Source: Candidatus Eiseniibacteriota bacterium
GTDB taxonomy: Bacteria; Joyebacterota; Joyebacteria; Joyebacterales; Joyebacteraceae
DNA length: 64,000 nucleotides
NCBI GenBank assembly: GCA_043815815.1
Contig: JBDRIO010000009.1
Coordinates: 2,751-66,750 of the forward strand
Direction of reading: 5' to 3'
Under the pieces are notes generated by a model. It was not told the origin of the DNA and did not search any database. It saw only the letters and a list, made by a program, of their open reading frames with translations. The translations under genes were made by a program, and so were the position numbers. Of the stretch, positions 18,663 to 29,084 are shown piece by piece; positions within the stretch are counted from its first letter, which is position 1; each line of letters begins with the position of its first letter.

Positions 18663-19844
18663 ATGCACACTCGAGTCGCACTCGCGGCAGGTCTGACGGC
18701 AGTCTGTCTCACAGTTCCGGCCCACGGCGCGACCGTCTACGTGCCGTCCCAGCAGCCGACGATACAGGCCGGCATCGACGCCGCGGGCGACGGAGGGACG
18801 GTCTACGTCGCACCCAGCATCTACACGGGCCCCGGCAATCGCGTGCTCGACTTCGGTGGCGCGAACGTGACGCTCGAGTCGACAGGCGGGGCCGCGTCGA
18901 CCGTCATCGACTGCGGGGGGTCCTACCGCGGCTTCTACTTCCACACCGGAGAGGACACGACCTGCGTCATCGAGGGCTTCACCGTCAGGAACTGCGACGG
19001 CGACTACGGCGGGGCGGTCAGGTGCCAGGGGGCGTCGCCCACGTTCCGGAACTGCGTCTTCACGTCGAACGAGGCGTCCTCCGGAGGCGGCGTCCTGCAC
19101 GCCGACTCCAGCTCGGGCCCGAGGCTCGAGGCCTGTGTCTTGACGGGCAATAGCGCCAACGTCTTCGGCGGCGCACTCTACATGGAGGGTTCCACGGGCC
19201 GGGTCAGGAACTGCTCGTTCGACGCGAACACGTCAGGCAACTGGGGCGGGGCCGTCCACCTGAAGTCCATCGCCGAGACCACCTTCGAGGACTGCGACTT
19301 CCGCGGCAACACGGCGACCTGGGGAGGCGCCGTCTACAGCGTCGACGCGGAGTCCGCGTTCGAGCGCTGCACGTTCGTCGCGAACGAGGCGACCTGGGGC
19401 GGCGGCGTCTACATACAGACGAGCTACAACCAGCCCCGGTTCAAGCGCTGCACGTTCGTCGACAACGGGGGCGGCACGATCTACTGCATGGACGGATACC
19501 CCATCATCACGCAGTCGATACTCGCCCTGGACAGGACCCGGTCCGCGGTCTCCTGTGTCGGGATCGGCGAGCCCGAGATCTCACACTGCTACGTGTTCGG
19601 GAACGCGGGCGGAGACAGCCTGTGCGGGAGCCACGCGAACAACGCGTTCGAGGACCCGCTGCTCTGCGGCGTCCCCCTGGGCGACGTCGGCCTCTGCGAC
19701 AACTCGCCCTGTCTTCCTGGCTTGAATCCCTGGGGAGAGCACATCGGTGCGCTGATGGATGGGTGCGGCGCGTGCAACTCGCCGGTGAACTACACGAGCT
19801 GGGGCCTTCTCAAGGCTAGTTACGCTCGGCCTTCTTCTCTTTGA
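18663..19844 (+). CDS. secreted beta-helix repeat protein with SWG-type tail
   Basis: ATVYVPSQQPTIQAGIDAA; GGAV/FxxN repeats; ends CNSPVNYTSWGLLKASY... Confidence 0.8.
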   Translation: MHTRVALAAGLTAVCLTVPAHGATVYVPSQQPTIQAGIDAAGDGGTVYVAPSIYTGPGNRVLDFGGANVTLESTGGAASTVIDCGGSYRGFYFHTGEDTTCVIEGFTVRNCDGDYGGAVRCQGASPTFRNCVFTSNEASSGGGVLHADSSSGPRLEACVLTGNSANVFGGALYMEGSTGRVRNCSFDANTSGNWGGAVHLKSIAETTFEDCDFRGNTATWGGAVYSVDAESAFERCTFVANEATWGGGVYIQTSYNQPRFKRCTFVDNGGGTIYCMDGYPIITQSILALDRTRSAVSCVGIGEPEISHCYVFGNAGGDSLCGSHANNAFEDPLLCGVPLGDVGLCDNSPCLPGLNPWGEHIGALMDGCGACNSPVNYTSWGLLKASYARPSSL

Positions 19845-20694
19845 GCGCCCTCTCGGCCTTCGCGATGAGGGACTCCGTCTTGTCTCCGCGTGAGGCGAGA
19901 GTCGCGGCCGTCGTGACCTTCACGCACAACGGCGAGCCACCCCACGGAAGCTCGGAGTTCTCGATGAGGATGCGGTAGCGCTCCGCCGCGGTCTGGAGCC
20001 CCGCGTTGTCGAGCTGGGCCACGAGCGCCACGAACGTGTCGTCCTCCCAGCGACCCATCACGTCGAACGGGCGGCTGTTCAGTATGAGCGTCCTCGCGAC
20101 CATCTTCAGGATGTCGTCGCCGGCGTCCCTACCGTACTGGTCGTTCAGCCTGTCGAATCCGTCGATGTCCATGAAGATGAGACCGAACCGCTGGCCGTAC
20201 CGCTCCAGCTCCGCCAGCCGGCCGGTGATGCTCTCCTGCATGTGTTTTCGGTTGGCCAGGCGCGTCAGCCGGTCGAGTCTCGCGAGCGACTCCAGTTCCG
20301 CCACGCGCTTGCGGATCTCGTCCCCCACCGAGATGTCGGAGAATATCTCGGCAGCACCCGCGATGCGGGCCTGCGCGTCGCGGAACGGGAACATGCGCGC
20401 CTGGACGGGCACCATGTGCCCCTCCTTGTGCCGGATGAAGACCTGGGCCCTTCGGATCTCGTCGGTCTGGTCCGTCTCGAGGAGCGGGCAGTGGTGCGAG
20501 CAGTAGCTCTCGCCCTTGTCGCTCAGGTGCACGATGCCCGCATCGTGACACGCGAGTCCGAGCATCTCCGAGCTGCTGCGGCCGGTGAGGTTCTCAGCGC
20601 TGTCGTTCCAGTAGATGATGCGCTTGTCCCGGTCGACGAGGTAGACCGCGTCGAACAGGTTGTCGAACACTCTATAGATCTCGGACTTCTCCAT
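19816..20694 (-). CDS. PAS + degenerate GGDEF-domain protein (paralogue of 15521)
   Basis: IIYWNDSAENLTG, DRLTRL, DIDGF, RPFD I-site, active-site loop WEDDTF. Confidence 0.85.
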   Translation of the reverse strand: MEKSEIYRVFDNLFDAVYLVDRDKRIIYWNDSAENLTGRSSSEMLGLACHDAGIVHLSDKGESYCSHHCPLLETDQTDEIRRAQVFIRHKEGHMVPVQARMFPFRDAQARIAGAAEIFSDISVGDEIRKRVAELESLARLDRLTRLANRKHMQESITGRLAELERYGQRFGLIFMDIDGFDRLNDQYGRDAGDDILKMVARTLILNSRPFDVMGRWEDDTFVALVAQLDNAGLQTAAERYRILIENSELPWGGSPLCVKVTTAATLASRGDKTESLIAKAERALKEKKAERN

Positions 20695-20927
20695 CCCTCA
20701 CCTCGGCCTCGCCCCGGCGGGCGTTAGTCTCCCGATAAGAAAGTCGCGCCACGGGCGGATGGACCGCCCCGCTCCTGCTGTTGCACAAACCGTACCGCAG
20801 CCGGCCGGGGCAAAGCCCCATTGACACATGTCTGGCAAGGAATGGCGTCGGTGGGCCTCAGCCGGCGGGATTCAGCCGGTGGGCTTCGCTCCGTGGGCTT
20901 CAGGCGGCGGGCTTCGGTCCGTACCCT

Positions 20928-22466
20928 TCAGCCGGTGTCGCAGCGGATGGGGTGGGGCGACCCGAACACGCGGTGCGAGACGAACGTCTTCTCCCCCTCG
21001 CGGACGGTGACTGAGCCCAGGTAGACGTGCGCGCCGTTCTCGGGCTGAACGGTGAGTTCGTACTCGCCAGGCTGGGCGGAGATGCGCGCCATCCATATCT
21101 CGGAAGGCAGGAGTATCCAGCTGCGCGTGTCGGCCTGCTCCGTCTCGGAGACGGCGATGGGAACGATGTGGTCGACGAACACGTCGGCGAGCCACGTCCA
21201 GAACGAGGTCTCCGCGCGCTTCTTCTTGCGCTCGTCCCGTCCCTCTTCCCTCTCGTGCTGCGCCCTCAAGACGGCCACGGTCTTGAGCGTCGCGCGCACG
21301 GCCGACCTGGCGACGAGCGCTGGGGTCCGCCGCTCGAGCGCCCATCTCGCGAGCCCGTCCACGTCCTGCACGCGCTGCGCCGGGACCGACCTCGCGGCCG
21401 GCCCGAAGCCGCCCTCCGACACCCTCTCGACGGCGACCGAAAACTCGGAACTCCGGTTCGGGACGCTCTCAAGGACAGGCAGCGCTATCTTCACGACGGC
21501 GTCTATCTCGACCCACCCGCGGTCCCAGTAGTCCTCCGGCACGTGGTGGCGCGCTATCGGGACTCTCAACGCCTCCTCGCGCTTGTACGGCGCCCACCCG
21601 CTGTCGATGAGGACGACGATCTCGGACCTCGTCGCCGCTCCCGGATCGAGCGGCCTCGGACAGCCGATGTCATGCTGCCCGACGAGGGCGGCGACGCGGT
21701 CGTCCCGCCCCAGTTCCCTACCGGCACAGACGTACGAATCCAGAAGCTCCGAGGGGACTCCCATGCCGGCCCCCTCACCCGTCTCCCCCTCGTACGCCCG
21801 GACGGCGAGCTCGTAATCGATGAACGCGTCGTCCTCTTCGCCCAGCGCGTCGTAGAGCAGCGCGGACAGGTAGCGGATGAACCCGTCGTCCTGGTACCGG
21901 CCCGTGTCCTCCTCGTACCTCGCGTCCAGTTCCCGGAAGACCTCGTCCAAGCGGCGGCACTCGATCACTGCCCCCTCGACGTCCCCGAGGGCCAGGTAGT
22001 TCAACGCCATGTAGTAGTGGAGGTACGCGCGCTCGAAGTCCTCGCCCGCGTAGGCCTTGACCGCTTCGTTGAAGGTGTAGTCCGTGATGGTCTCGGTCAC
22101 GCTCCACGGCTCGAGCTCGCGGGCCACGCCCGCGGCCTTCTCGAACTCCGCGTTGCTCGCCGCGTGCTCCCCGGCCAGATGCAGCAGGTGCCCGCGCTGA
22201 GCGTGATAGAGGAACCGGTCGTCCTTCGACTCGGCCACGTCCGTCTCGTCGAGCGAGACGACGGCCTCGTCGAATCGGGCACGGGACGCCAGGTTCAGCG
22301 GTTCGCACAGAACCTTGGCGTGCTGAGTGCAGCCCACGGCGAGCGCGAGTGCGGCGGCCACGAGGCACAGAACCGTGGCTCGCGCCGTCGGCGCGCTCTC
22401 CCGAAAGGGGCTTTGCCTTGGAGGCGCGTCTCCGGAGGGAGACACGCTCACATGGGGGCTCCGCAC
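20928..22466 (-). CDS. COG3014-like TPR lipoprotein
   Basis: Lipobox AVGC; YAGEDFERAYLHYYMALNYL; QADTRSW.LLP; lies downstream of lpoB. Confidence 0.7.
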   Translation of the reverse strand: MRSPHVSVSPSGDAPPRQSPFRESAPTARATVLCLVAAALALAVGCTQHAKVLCEPLNLASRARFDEAVVSLDETDVAESKDDRFLYHAQRGHLLHLAGEHAASNAEFEKAAGVARELEPWSVTETITDYTFNEAVKAYAGEDFERAYLHYYMALNYLALGDVEGAVIECRRLDEVFRELDARYEEDTGRYQDDGFIRYLSALLYDALGEEDDAFIDYELAVRAYEGETGEGAGMGVPSELLDSYVCAGRELGRDDRVAALVGQHDIGCPRPLDPGAATRSEIVVLIDSGWAPYKREEALRVPIARHHVPEDYWDRGWVEIDAVVKIALPVLESVPNRSSEFSVAVERVSEGGFGPAARSVPAQRVQDVDGLARWALERRTPALVARSAVRATLKTVAVLRAQHEREEGRDERKKKRAETSFWTWLADVFVDHIVPIAVSETEQADTRSWILLPSEIWMARISAQPGEYELTVQPENGAHVYLGSVTVREGEKTFVSHRVFGSPHPIRCDTG

Positions 22467-22479
22467 GACGCTACGCCTC

Positions 22480-23109
22480 CTAGAACCGGACCTTGGCCCC
22501 CTCGACCAGGTGCTTCCTCTGCGCCTGACCGATCCAGACCTTCTCCCAGTTCCTGAGGTCGTAGAGCGTGAGATCCACCTGATAGAAGATGATGGCCTTC
22601 TTGTCCGCCTGGTCGACGATCGACGAAACGGTGCCCATCATCATGAAGTCGGCGCCCATGACGCCCTCTTCGACGGCGCCTGAGACTCCGCCCTCCTTCG
22701 CCATGCCCTCCTGCCACTCGACCTCTTCCATGAGGGCGGCGCGGACCTTCGGGTCGGCGACGAACCTGACGGCGCCCGAGTTGATGAGGACGCGCTCCAG
22801 CTCGTTCATGATGACGTCGATGTTGATGTGCTCGCTCGTGTTGTTCTCGATGTCGCCCACGACGATGCGCGGTCGCGTGTCGCCGTTGGCTCCGCGGTAG
22901 GCGTACATCCACGGCGCCGAGAGCGTCTGCGGGACGATCTCGTCGGCCACTGCGCGCGCGTCCGAATCGTTCCAGCGGCCGCTCACGTAACCTTCGGTCG
23001 TCGGGTCGACGTTCATGACCTTCGTCTTGCTGCATCCGGACGCCATCACGACCGCGACGAGCGAGAGCGCGACGACGACACATCTGAAGACCCTATCGCG
23101 ACACAACAT
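22480..23109 (-). CDS. lpoB: LpoB-like penicillin-binding protein activator lipoprotein
   Basis: Lipobox ASGC; SGRWNDSD; NNTSEHIN; GADFMMMGTVSSIVD; YQVDLTL. Confidence 0.75.
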   Translation of the reverse strand: MLCRDRVFRCVVVALSLVAVVMASGCSKTKVMNVDPTTEGYVSGRWNDSDARAVADEIVPQTLSAPWMYAYRGANGDTRPRIVVGDIENNTSEHINIDVIMNELERVLINSGAVRFVADPKVRAALMEEVEWQEGMAKEGGVSGAVEEGVMGADFMMMGTVSSIVDQADKKAIIFYQVDLTLYDLRNWEKVWIGQAQRKHLVEGAKVRF

Positions 23110-23240
23110 GCTCCAATACCTCCGTTTGGCGGGAGACGCCGTCCAAGAGAGAGCTCGTTCGAGAGTGCCCGGCTGTGGAACATATGACTACAGAACGGGC
23201 CGTTTCATTCAGATGGAGTCTACAGACCGAAGAGCCCGGG

Positions 23241-23852
23241 TCAAGACCCCGTGTTCGCGAGGTCGGCCGCGTCCGGACCGACCCGACCCTTCCGCGCCCG
23301 CCACTCGTCCTCCAGCATGCTCATCATGACGAAGTCGTGGAACTCCCCGTCCACGACGTATCCGTCCCGCTGCAGGCCCTCTCGCCGGAACCCGAGCTTC
23401 TCCCAGAATCGGAGCGCCGGCTCGTGGAACCCGACGACACCTATGGCGACGCGATGGAAACACATGTAGTCGAACGCGAAGTCGAGGAGCAGTCTGCCGG
23501 TCTCGCTCCCGTGGCCCGAGCCCCGGGCGTCGCGCTCGCCCACGATGATGGTCAGGTCGGTAGTCCCCCACTCGGGAAACATGCGGAGCAGCCCCGCTTC
23601 GCCGATGACGCGCTCGTCCCCGTCGCGCACGATCGCGTACCAGAGCCTGGCCGGGTCGCTCTCCATCCGCGCGAACCACTCGTCGGCCTCGGGCCCGGTC
23701 ATCGGCGACGTGGCGGCTATCTGCGAGCGCAGCTCGGCGTCGTCGAGCCACCGCCGCATGTGAGGGAGGTCGCAGCGCTCGAAGCGCCGCAACGTCACGT
23801 GCTTGCCCATGAGGAAGCGCGGTCCGCGCCGCTCGTCTGCCGGTTCGCCCAA
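23241..23852 (-). CDS. GNAT N-acetyltransferase (RimJ/RimL type)
   Basis: RGSGHGSE, FWEKLGFRREGLQR, FHDFVMMSMLEDEW. Confidence 0.88.
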   Translation of the reverse strand: MGEPADERRGPRFLMGKHVTLRRFERCDLPHMRRWLDDAELRSQIAATSPMTGPEADEWFARMESDPARLWYAIVRDGDERVIGEAGLLRMFPEWGTTDLTIIVGERDARGSGHGSETGRLLLDFAFDYMCFHRVAIGVVGFHEPALRFWEKLGFRREGLQRDGYVVDGEFHDFVMMSMLEDEWRARKGRVGPDAADLANTGS

Positions 23853-23873
23853 TCGAACTCCTGTCGCGGGGGT

Positions 23874-24554
23874 CTACTCCGACGTTCCGTCCGGGCAGCC
23901 GATGACGTACACGCCGCCGCAGAACGACACCTGATGATAGCAGACGACAAGCAGCCCGGCCTCGGAGAGAGCGTCGGACGCCTCGTCGGCGGCCCAGTAG
24001 TGCTCGTCCTCGTCCCACAGGCTGCCCTGCCACTCCCGCTTCGCTTCGTCCCACGTACCCTGCCACTTCCGCTGCGCCTCGTCGCGCGCCCCGGCCGTGG
24101 CGAACGAGATGTCGCCGACGACCATGAGCCCGCCGCTCGAGAGGTGCCGCTTCACGAGCCGTTCGACGAGCCGGACCTTGGACGTCAGGTCGAACTCGTG
24201 CAGCACGTATCCCGAGGCGATGCGGTCGAAGCGCTGATCGTGGTCTATGGGCCAGTCGCCCAGGAGGTCTGCCTTGATGAGTTCTATCTGAGGGAATCGC
24301 GCGTGTACCCTGGCGAGCATCTTGACGGAGAAGTCGAGGCCCCACACCGTGCAGCGTCTTTCTATGAACCTCCGGGCCAACCCGCCCGTCCCGATTCCAA
24401 GGTCGAGCACGGTCATGTCGGCCGAGACGTCGGAGAGACGGACGACCTCATCGAGGACGTCCTCGTAGCCCTCGAACGGAAACCCGTCGCAGTCCCGGAC
24501 GGACGCGTCGTAGGTCTCAGCCCACTTGTCGAAGAGCTCGACTCGTTCGCTCAC
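23874..24554 (-). CDS. class I SAM-dependent methyltransferase
   Basis: FDKWAETYD, VLDLGIGTG, GLDFS. Confidence 0.88.
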   Translation of the reverse strand: MSERVELFDKWAETYDASVRDCDGFPFEGYEDVLDEVVRLSDVSADMTVLDLGIGTGGLARRFIERRCTVWGLDFSVKMLARVHARFPQIELIKADLLGDWPIDHDQRFDRIASGYVLHEFDLTSKVRLVERLVKRHLSSGGLMVVGDISFATAGARDEAQRKWQGTWDEAKREWQGSLWDEDEHYWAADEASDALSEAGLLVVCYHQVSFCGGVYVIGCPDGTSE

Positions 24555-24703
24555 GCGGCCTCCCGGCGAGAGGCCGCGCGGCCGACGTCACACGCACGCC
24601 CTCTCCTGTCGATGCGGCGCGGCAAGCGCCGCGCCCGCGACACTCAGAACCTCAGCCGCATGATACCGGGAGAGTGCCGGAATGCAACAGCAAAGAGACG
24701 GGT

Positions 24704-26359
24704 CTACTCCGCCCTCGGACACTCCGCCGCCACCGCCGGGTCGATGCCCTGTCCGCCGTACGCCTTCTCGTAGTGCGCGGCGAACTCGGCGGCGAGCCTC
24801 CTCGCCCGCTGCTCGTACGCGGACGTGTCGCTCCACGCGTTCGCCGGCTTGAGTATCGAGGCGTCGTCCACGCCGGGACAGCTCGTCGGCACGGACACCC
24901 TGAACAGGGGGTCTCGCTCGTACTCGACGTCCTCGAGCTCGCCCTCGAGGGCGGCGTTCACGATGCGTCTCGTGAGCGGGAGGCTCATCCTGTGCCCGAC
25001 CCCGTACGGGCCGCCCGTCCATCCGGTGTTGACCAGGTAGACCGACGTCCCGTGCCGGTCCATCCTCTCCCCCAGCATCGACGCGTAGACCTCGGGCAGT
25101 CTCGGCATGAACGGCGAGCCGAAGAACCGCGAGAACGTGCTCACGGGATCGACGATGCCGGTCTCGGTGCCTGCGAGCTTACTCGTGTACCCCATGAGGA
25201 ACCAGAACATCGCCTGCTCGCGCGAGAGTCTGGAGACCGGGGGGATCACGCCGTTCGCGTCCGCCGTCAGGAACAGGATGGTCTTCGGGTGCCCCGCGGT
25301 CGACGACTCCTTGATGTTCGACAGGTACCGCAGAGGATACGAGCCGCGTGAGTTCGGTGTGTACCGATCGTCGAACAGGTCGAACTCGCCGCTCGGATAC
25401 ATCATCGCGTTCTCGATGATCGAGCCGTGCCTCTCGACGTCGTCGACGTGGAAACACGCGCTGTGGATCTCCGGTTCCTTCTCCGGGTCCAGGTCGATGA
25501 GCTTCGCGTAGCACCCGTACTCGAAGTTGGCGATGCCGTCGTCGTTCCATCCGTGCTCGTCGTCCCCCAGGAGCGCGCGCGAGGCGTCCGCCGAGAGCGT
25601 CGTCTTCCCCGTTCCCGAGAGACCGAGGAGGAGAGCGCTGTCGCCGTTCGCGCCCTCGTTCGCGCTGCAATGGAGCGGAAGGATACCGTCGCCCGGAAGC
25701 ATGTAGTTCATCACGGTGAAGATGAGCTTCTTCATGCTCCCGCAGTACGCAGAGCCGTAGACGATCCCGACGCGCATGTCGACGTTGACCGCGACCGCCA
25801 TCGTCGACGTGTGCCCGAGCCGGGGGTCGACCCGCAGCCTTCCCTCATACCTCGCGGGGTCGAGCTTGTGGAACGGGAGCGACACGAGCGTGAAGTGACG
25901 TCCGCTGAAGCAGGTCTGCCTCGCGATCTCGTCGCTCCACGGGCGGAACATGTTGTCGATGAAGAGCGAGTGGAGCGCCCTGTCGCAGACGGTGTGGACG
26001 GGCAGCGCGTACGCCGGGTCGGCGCCGACCAGGCGGTCGGTGAGGTAGACGCGGCCGGTCGCGGCGAGCGTCGCGAGCGAGTCCTCGAGGAGCATGTCGA
26101 ACGTCGACGGGTCCATCGGGATGTTGTTGGGACTCGTCCAGTCTATCGTGGCTTCGCTCTCGGGGTTCTTGACGAGATAGGTGTCCTTCGGGCTCCTGCC
26201 CGTGGACTCGGTCGGCGTCCACGTCGCGAGCGCTCCGCAGGCGGAGGGCACCGCCTCTCTGTGGGAGACGGAGTCGCGGATCATCTCCGTCCGCGACACG
26301 TTGGACCTGACGTTCGAATGGGCCCCGATGACGGCTTTGAGCTTCTCCTGGAATGCCAC
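24704..26359 (-). CDS. pckA: phosphoenolpyruvate carboxykinase (ATP)
   Basis: TGRSPKD, LHCSAN, GLSGTGKTTLS, GDDEHGW, GCYAK, GYTSKLAGTE, LVNTGWTGG; GTG at 26359 after GGAGG. Confidence 0.95.
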   Translation of the reverse strand: MAFQEKLKAVIGAHSNVRSNVSRTEMIRDSVSHREAVPSACGALATWTPTESTGRSPKDTYLVKNPESEATIDWTSPNNIPMDPSTFDMLLEDSLATLAATGRVYLTDRLVGADPAYALPVHTVCDRALHSLFIDNMFRPWSDEIARQTCFSGRHFTLVSLPFHKLDPARYEGRLRVDPRLGHTSTMAVAVNVDMRVGIVYGSAYCGSMKKLIFTVMNYMLPGDGILPLHCSANEGANGDSALLLGLSGTGKTTLSADASRALLGDDEHGWNDDGIANFEYGCYAKLIDLDPEKEPEIHSACFHVDDVERHGSIIENAMMYPSGEFDLFDDRYTPNSRGSYPLRYLSNIKESSTAGHPKTILFLTADANGVIPPVSRLSREQAMFWFLMGYTSKLAGTETGIVDPVSTFSRFFGSPFMPRLPEVYASMLGERMDRHGTSVYLVNTGWTGGPYGVGHRMSLPLTRRIVNAALEGELEDVEYERDPLFRVSVPTSCPGVDDASILKPANAWSDTSAYEQRARRLAAEFAAHYEKAYGGQGIDPAVAAECPRAE

Positions 26360-26759
26360 TTCGCCTCCCCTTCGCTGCTGTGCTGTCGTGCCCCTCAACT
26401 CGTCGCATCTTCTCGAATCACCAATCATACACCAGCGCGCGGCGGGTCCGAACCACACAATCGTATCACACGAGGCAAGACCTGGGCTCTCCCTGAACGA
26501 GGCAGGCGCGCGCACGAAGGGCCTCCGGGGCAGGCGGAGTTCCCGTTTCCCGGGCGGGTGGAGTTCCCGCCGTCCGGGCCAGGGCGGTCCCGCCGTCCCG
26601 ACCAGTCGCTGCGCTGGACCACCGCTGGCACGCACGTTGCTCTCTTCACCCCCGGAAGGCATCGTTTCTTGCGGACCGGGTGGCCCGCGCCTCCAGACAC
26701 GTCCCCGACGTGCCGGGCGACGCGTTGCCGTCCCCTCCGCCTTGAACGGAGGCACCCAC

Positions 26760-28874
26760 GTGAAGTCGCTATGGATATCGCTGGCCGCGCTCGTCGCGGT
26801 GGGACTCCTGACGCTCGTTCCGTCGCCGTGCGGAGGTCACGACGGGTCGTTCCTCCGCGTGCAGTCGCACACCGTGGACGCCCCGGACGGCGCGGCATCT
26901 CTCCTCACGTCGAGGCTCGCGATCGAGCGGGCCAGGGCCCGCGGCGAGATCACCAGAACTCAGGAGATCCTCTACAAGGCATACTCGCTACACGCGCCCG
27001 AGAGGCTGCCGGCCGAGTATCGTGGCGAGGCACCCGAGAAGTGCGGGACGGCCGTCGCTCAGGAGATCGAGGAGACGCTGCCCCGCCTCCCCGAGGCCGT
27101 GGCCGAGGAGATCCGGAGCCTGCGCGCGCGCCCGACCTGCGACACGTACTACGACACGGCGCACTTCCGCATCCACTACGACACGTCCGGCGACCACATG
27201 ATCCTGAACTGGCCCGACACGTCGTACAGGGACTCGATCGCGGTCGCAGTAGAGAAGTGCCGGGCAACGGAGATCGGTACGCTGGGGTTCCGCGAGCCGC
27301 CGAACGACGGCGGCGACCCGGACGGCGGTGGAGGCAACGGGCTCTACGACATCTACCTCCAGGACATCCCCGGCTACTACGGGTGGTGCCAGGGAGGCTA
27401 CACGGTCCCGGCGACGCCGCGGACCGACTGCTCGAGCCACATCGTCATCGACAACGACTACGCGGGCTTCGGCTACGGAGACCCCGCCGACCCGATGAAG
27501 GTCACCGTGGCGCACGAGTACGGCCACTCGTGCCAGTTCTCCATGAACTACAACGCCGACACCTGGTACATGGAGTGCACGTCGGTCTGGGTGGAGGACA
27601 TCGTCTACGACGACATCAACGACTACCGCTTCTACCTCCCGTACTACCTCAACTACCCCTACGCGGCCATCGAGTGGCAGGACGGGACCGGCCTTCGGAT
27701 GTACGGATCGGCGGTCTGGAACTTCTTCCTCGAGGAACGGTTCTCGGCGAGCATCGTGCCGGATATCTGGTACAGGCTCGAGTTGAGTTCGAACGACTAC
27801 ACCGCGTTCGACTACTGCCTCGGACTCGAGGGGTCGAGCCTCGAGGAGGCGTTCGGCGAGTACGCCGTCTGGAACTGGTTCACCGGCTCACGCGACGACG
27901 GCCTGCACTACGGCGAGGGTGCCTACTGGCCGCTCGTCCCCGTCCAGGGCACGTACTCCTCGTACCCAGTTCTCGGTGCCGGCCCCATCGTCGCGCAGCG
28001 ACCCGACCATCTGGGATGGAACTTCATCCACTTCACGAACACGGGCGGTCCTCTCGACGCGCTCGTTCTCGCCTACGACGGACCGGACCTCGCAGCCAAC
28101 GCGAACCGCGCGTTCGTCAACAAGCGCACGAGCGGCGGCGCCAAGTCGGAGCACGGCGAGATATCGCTCGACGCGTTCGGCCAGGGCGACGTCTCGGTCC
28201 TCGAATGGGACACGCTCAACCTGGCGGCGGTCGTGGTGGCGAACACATCGACGAACCAGAACAACATGGTATACACGATCGACGCCGACCATACGTCTCC
28301 CGTCGCCGGGAGCTTCTACGCGCACGTGGCCGACGGTTCGAGCGTGACGCTGCGCTGGACGCTCGGGTACCCGGAGGACATCATCTCGCTCGATGTGCTC
28401 CGCGCCGTGAGCTCCGAGGGACACTACGAGGTGCTGAACGACGAGCCCATCGAGCCCTCCACTCCTGGCTCGTACGTGGACCACGACGTCAGGCCGGGCG
28501 AGGAACTCCTCTACGAACTCCGCGCCACTCTCCGCGACGGCTCGACCGACGTGGTCGAGCCTGGCACGGTCACGGTGCGGCTCGAGGGCGTTCTGGGACT
28601 CGCCCTCCGTCCTCCTGCGCCGAACCCGTTCCGCGACGCCGCCACCTTCGAGTACACGATCCCGGGTGACGGCTCGCTCGTCCGCCTCGCCGTTCACGAC
28701 GTGAGCGGGCGCGCGGTCGCCGTCATCGAGGACGGCTGGCTGGGACGCGGGCGGCACATCGCCGTCTGGGACGGAACGGACGGGAACGGCCGTCAGGTGG
28801 CCTCAGGCGTCTACTTCTGCACGCTGGAGGTGCCGGGCGCCGTGGTCGCAAGGAAGGTCATGCTGCTCAGGTAG
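26760..28874 (+). CDS. secreted HExxH zinc metalloprotease (MXAN_6640-like) with Ig module and FlgD-like tail
   Basis: GTG after GGAGG; signal peptide; VAHEYGHSCQ with downstream Glu (WYMECTSVWVED); tail PNPF...WDGTDGNGRQVASGVYF. Confidence 0.8.
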   Translation: MKSLWISLAALVAVGLLTLVPSPCGGHDGSFLRVQSHTVDAPDGAASLLTSRLAIERARARGEITRTQEILYKAYSLHAPERLPAEYRGEAPEKCGTAVAQEIEETLPRLPEAVAEEIRSLRARPTCDTYYDTAHFRIHYDTSGDHMILNWPDTSYRDSIAVAVEKCRATEIGTLGFREPPNDGGDPDGGGGNGLYDIYLQDIPGYYGWCQGGYTVPATPRTDCSSHIVIDNDYAGFGYGDPADPMKVTVAHEYGHSCQFSMNYNADTWYMECTSVWVEDIVYDDINDYRFYLPYYLNYPYAAIEWQDGTGLRMYGSAVWNFFLEERFSASIVPDIWYRLELSSNDYTAFDYCLGLEGSSLEEAFGEYAVWNWFTGSRDDGLHYGEGAYWPLVPVQGTYSSYPVLGAGPIVAQRPDHLGWNFIHFTNTGGPLDALVLAYDGPDLAANANRAFVNKRTSGGAKSEHGEISLDAFGQGDVSVLEWDTLNLAAVVVANTSTNQNNMVYTIDADHTSPVAGSFYAHVADGSSVTLRWTLGYPEDIISLDVLRAVSSEGHYEVLNDEPIEPSTPGSYVDHDVRPGEELLYELRATLRDGSTDVVEPGTVTVRLEGVLGLALRPPAPNPFRDAATFEYTIPGDGSLVRLAVHDVSGRAVAVIEDGWLGRGRHIAVWDGTDGNGRQVASGVYFCTLEVPGAVVARKVMLLR

Positions 28875-29054
28875 CGGCGCTCGAGCCGGGCCTTCGCGGC
28901 CCGGAACGAAGGTGGATCGGAGGGGTCGGCCGTACGCACCTTGGCCGACCCCTCTTCTGTATGCGAACCGGGTACCGTGGCCGGCCCCTATGCGAGTGCG
29001 CGGCGCGCATCGCGATCCCTCCCTCTCCGCTTTGCGGCCCGCCCGGGTTTCCCA

Positions 29055-29084
29055 TTGACAGCCCCCCGCCGCTGGGCCTATCGT
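29055..29084 (+). promoter_or_regulatory. sigma-70-type promoter
   Basis: TTGACA-N18-TATCGT. Confidence 0.5.

Noticed and set aside
20832-20848. Second sigma-54-like site (TGGCAAGGAATGGC)
   Set aside because: GG-GC spacing is off by one and it does not point into a gene start.
26536-26569. Direct repeat GGAGTTCCCG x2 in the pckA/protease divergent region
   Set aside because: Only two 10-bp copies in GC-rich DNA; cannot be distinguished from chance.
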